Made by a program: the position numbers and the translations under genes
Notes under the pieces: generated by a model
What the model saw: the letters and a program-made list of their open reading frames with translations, nothing else
The model's database searches: none
Told to the model about the DNA's origin: nothing
Assembly (NCBI GenBank): GCA_049651825.1
Contig: JBASCV010000169.1
Location: forward strand, 1-48,440
Direction of reading: 5' to 3'
Origin: Bacteroidia bacterium
Lineage (GTDB): Bacteria > Bacteroidota > Bacteroidia > 2-12-FULL-35-15
DNA: 48,440 nt
Shown: piece after piece, positions 48,001-48,440 of the stretch
Layout: each line of letters begins with the position of its first letter
Position numbering within the stretch: position 1 is the first letter of the stretch

Positions 48001-48440
48001 CAACTCAAATTAGTTTTGATGTATCACTTACTGTAACTACAGATAGTGGTTGTGTAGAGATAGTTGAAAAGCCGAATTACATTACAGTTCTACCAAATCC
48101 AGTAGCAAATTTTAGCGCAACTCCACAAAAAGAATCGATAATAAGCCCAGCGATTGAAATAATTGATTTATCAATGGGATCAATTAGTTGGCAATGGAAT
48201 TTTGGTGACGATAGCACATCTACAACAGCTACGCCAGGCGAATACAATTATGCAGATACTGGTACATACGTAATTCAGCAGCACATAGTAAACCAATACG
48301 GATGTACAGATTCTACTTACCGAATTGTTATTATCGAACCGGACTGGGCGTTTTTTGTTCCGAATGCCTTTTCTCCTAATGGTGATGGTATTAATGATAC
48401 GTTTGGCGGCAATGGATATGGTGTATTAGAATATCAAATG
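45054..48440 (+). CDS. Giant secreted protein (3' partial, runs off the window): beta-propeller head like that of 11310..15647, 2 SprB-type repeats, 4 PKD modules, start of a T9SS type-B C-terminal domain
   Basis: Absent from the ORF track. I translated it codon by codon from ATG 45054 and found 1129 sense codons with no stop up to the window end. The signal peptide is MKQYIHTIKLFAVWAILIILIPKAFSQ. The last residues, EPDWAFFVPNAFSPNGDGINDTF, begin the type-B CTD. Confidence 0.9.
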   Translation, partial: MKQYIHTIKLFAVWAILIILIPKAFSQNTASLKTFSAPWKIIPFERKAFIENKGQFDQLIPENKKGFAYCIDKGQQVFFYKNSVSYRFNKIDVSKAPLWGLFENEKQKEKRIHNADKSIQFVDFVWVNSNPDAVIIGENKQTTRYAYALMDATSTTTTISCDGYSKITYKNLYPNIDVEYVFHPEEGVKYNLLLHPGADISKVKMKYNSDVKLSVKNGNIRIKTIVGEIIDHAPVTYYAQSKQHIASAFKIENNIVSFDIQNADTNQEIVIDPWTLVPGFSPPKAFDNGVDASGNVYIYGGGGGTWFNEKYPPTGGAPIWSMPNLLTASQYSNSYYGDMLVEGSGDFYLCQSVDNSLGAHVQKFSPTGGAIWTSAASPTAMLEYWRMALNCVTGKVIVAGGGINYNVNIAQIDATTGALSNVQALQAPNDISGLCVDESGNSYTHGAMPNTVSFNDANNNPIATASTGYSQTEAGNPYAPSNGYNMMALGGTDFLFTSDGATVIKWDKNTHAMITSTVIPGGQANLGSGILADKTNNLFIGATNGVYRFDFNLVQKEYQSTTTAVYDIAFAANGDIVACGDGFLQTLPFGREPFGGTTVQMTTDPCDAEINTVKVTPTQGIPPFTFLWDDGNTDSVRTNLSLGDHIVSIKDGSCTPSFIIDTITIGGNTNFLTIAKVNPLCTYSSDGQISISLLSNQDITGIVWTPSVTNSLINDSTSQATGLPSGTYNCFITSSLGCSFDTTITLVSQFANPSASFLDAQSCQNEGIQFTENSSSNVGTINSWNWNFGDSTPSSNSQNPSHTYNVAGTFTTTLIIGTNNGCFDTVQKQTIIHPIPDANFSVPNICEGGIAFFNDISTITSPSIIQYWQWDFGDNTAFKNNQNTNHLYPSTGTYNAELTVTSNFGCKDSITKTITVHPSPTVSFTANDTINCSPLCVNFQSSVALSSGTVASYLWNYGDLGAIGNNANGNYCYNNATGSTQNPTQISFDVSLTVTTDSGCVEIVEKPNYITVLPNPVANFSATPQKESIISPAIEIIDLSMGSISWQWNFGDDSTSTTATPGEYNYADTGTYVIQQHIVNQYGCTDSTYRIVIIEPDWAFFVPNAFSPNGDGINDTFGGNGYGVLEYQM

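Overview
Low-GC Bacteroidota chromosome segment. The phylum call is an inference from T9SS C-terminal sorting domains, TAnnTTTG-type promoter boxes and weak Shine-Dalgarno usage. Order of content: (1) a housekeeping block at 1-11.3 kb: lepA, gap, tatA, gatA, Nif3/zinc-ribbon pair, pyk, an ArsC-family gene and an EamA transporter. (2) A 15.6-kb minus-strand array of four giant secreted paralogues at 11.3-26.9 kb. Each has a different N-terminal head on a shared, colinear stalk of PKD modules plus a T9SS type-B C-terminal domain. (3) An S41 peptidase, a type-A-CTD beta-propeller protein and a small stress cluster (Dps, DUF983, rhodanese, DUF2892, SPFH). (4) A tRNA-Arg(ACG) followed by a roughly 9-kb defence islet with no integrase: XRE regulator, type I R-M hsdRMS, two unknown genes coupled to hsdS, and an MqsR-like toxin with a fused HTH/Panacea(DUF4065) antitoxin. 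(5) lspA, a frameshifted phospholipase-D lipoprotein gene, and a fifth giant PKD/type-B-CTD gene (45054 to the window end). This last gene is missing from the ORF track because it runs off the window. The feature not explained by ordinary annotation is a roughly 90-100-nt leader element present three times, ahead of hsdR, the antitoxin and the fifth adhesin-like gene. It starts with a minimal ORF (ATG AAA TAG) and carries a 19-22-codon upstream ORF that ends in Trp-Arg-Ile-Pro-stop in two copies. Two copies form an inverted repeat around a 3.3-kb segment. All homology calls come from motif recognition by eye, with no database search run.
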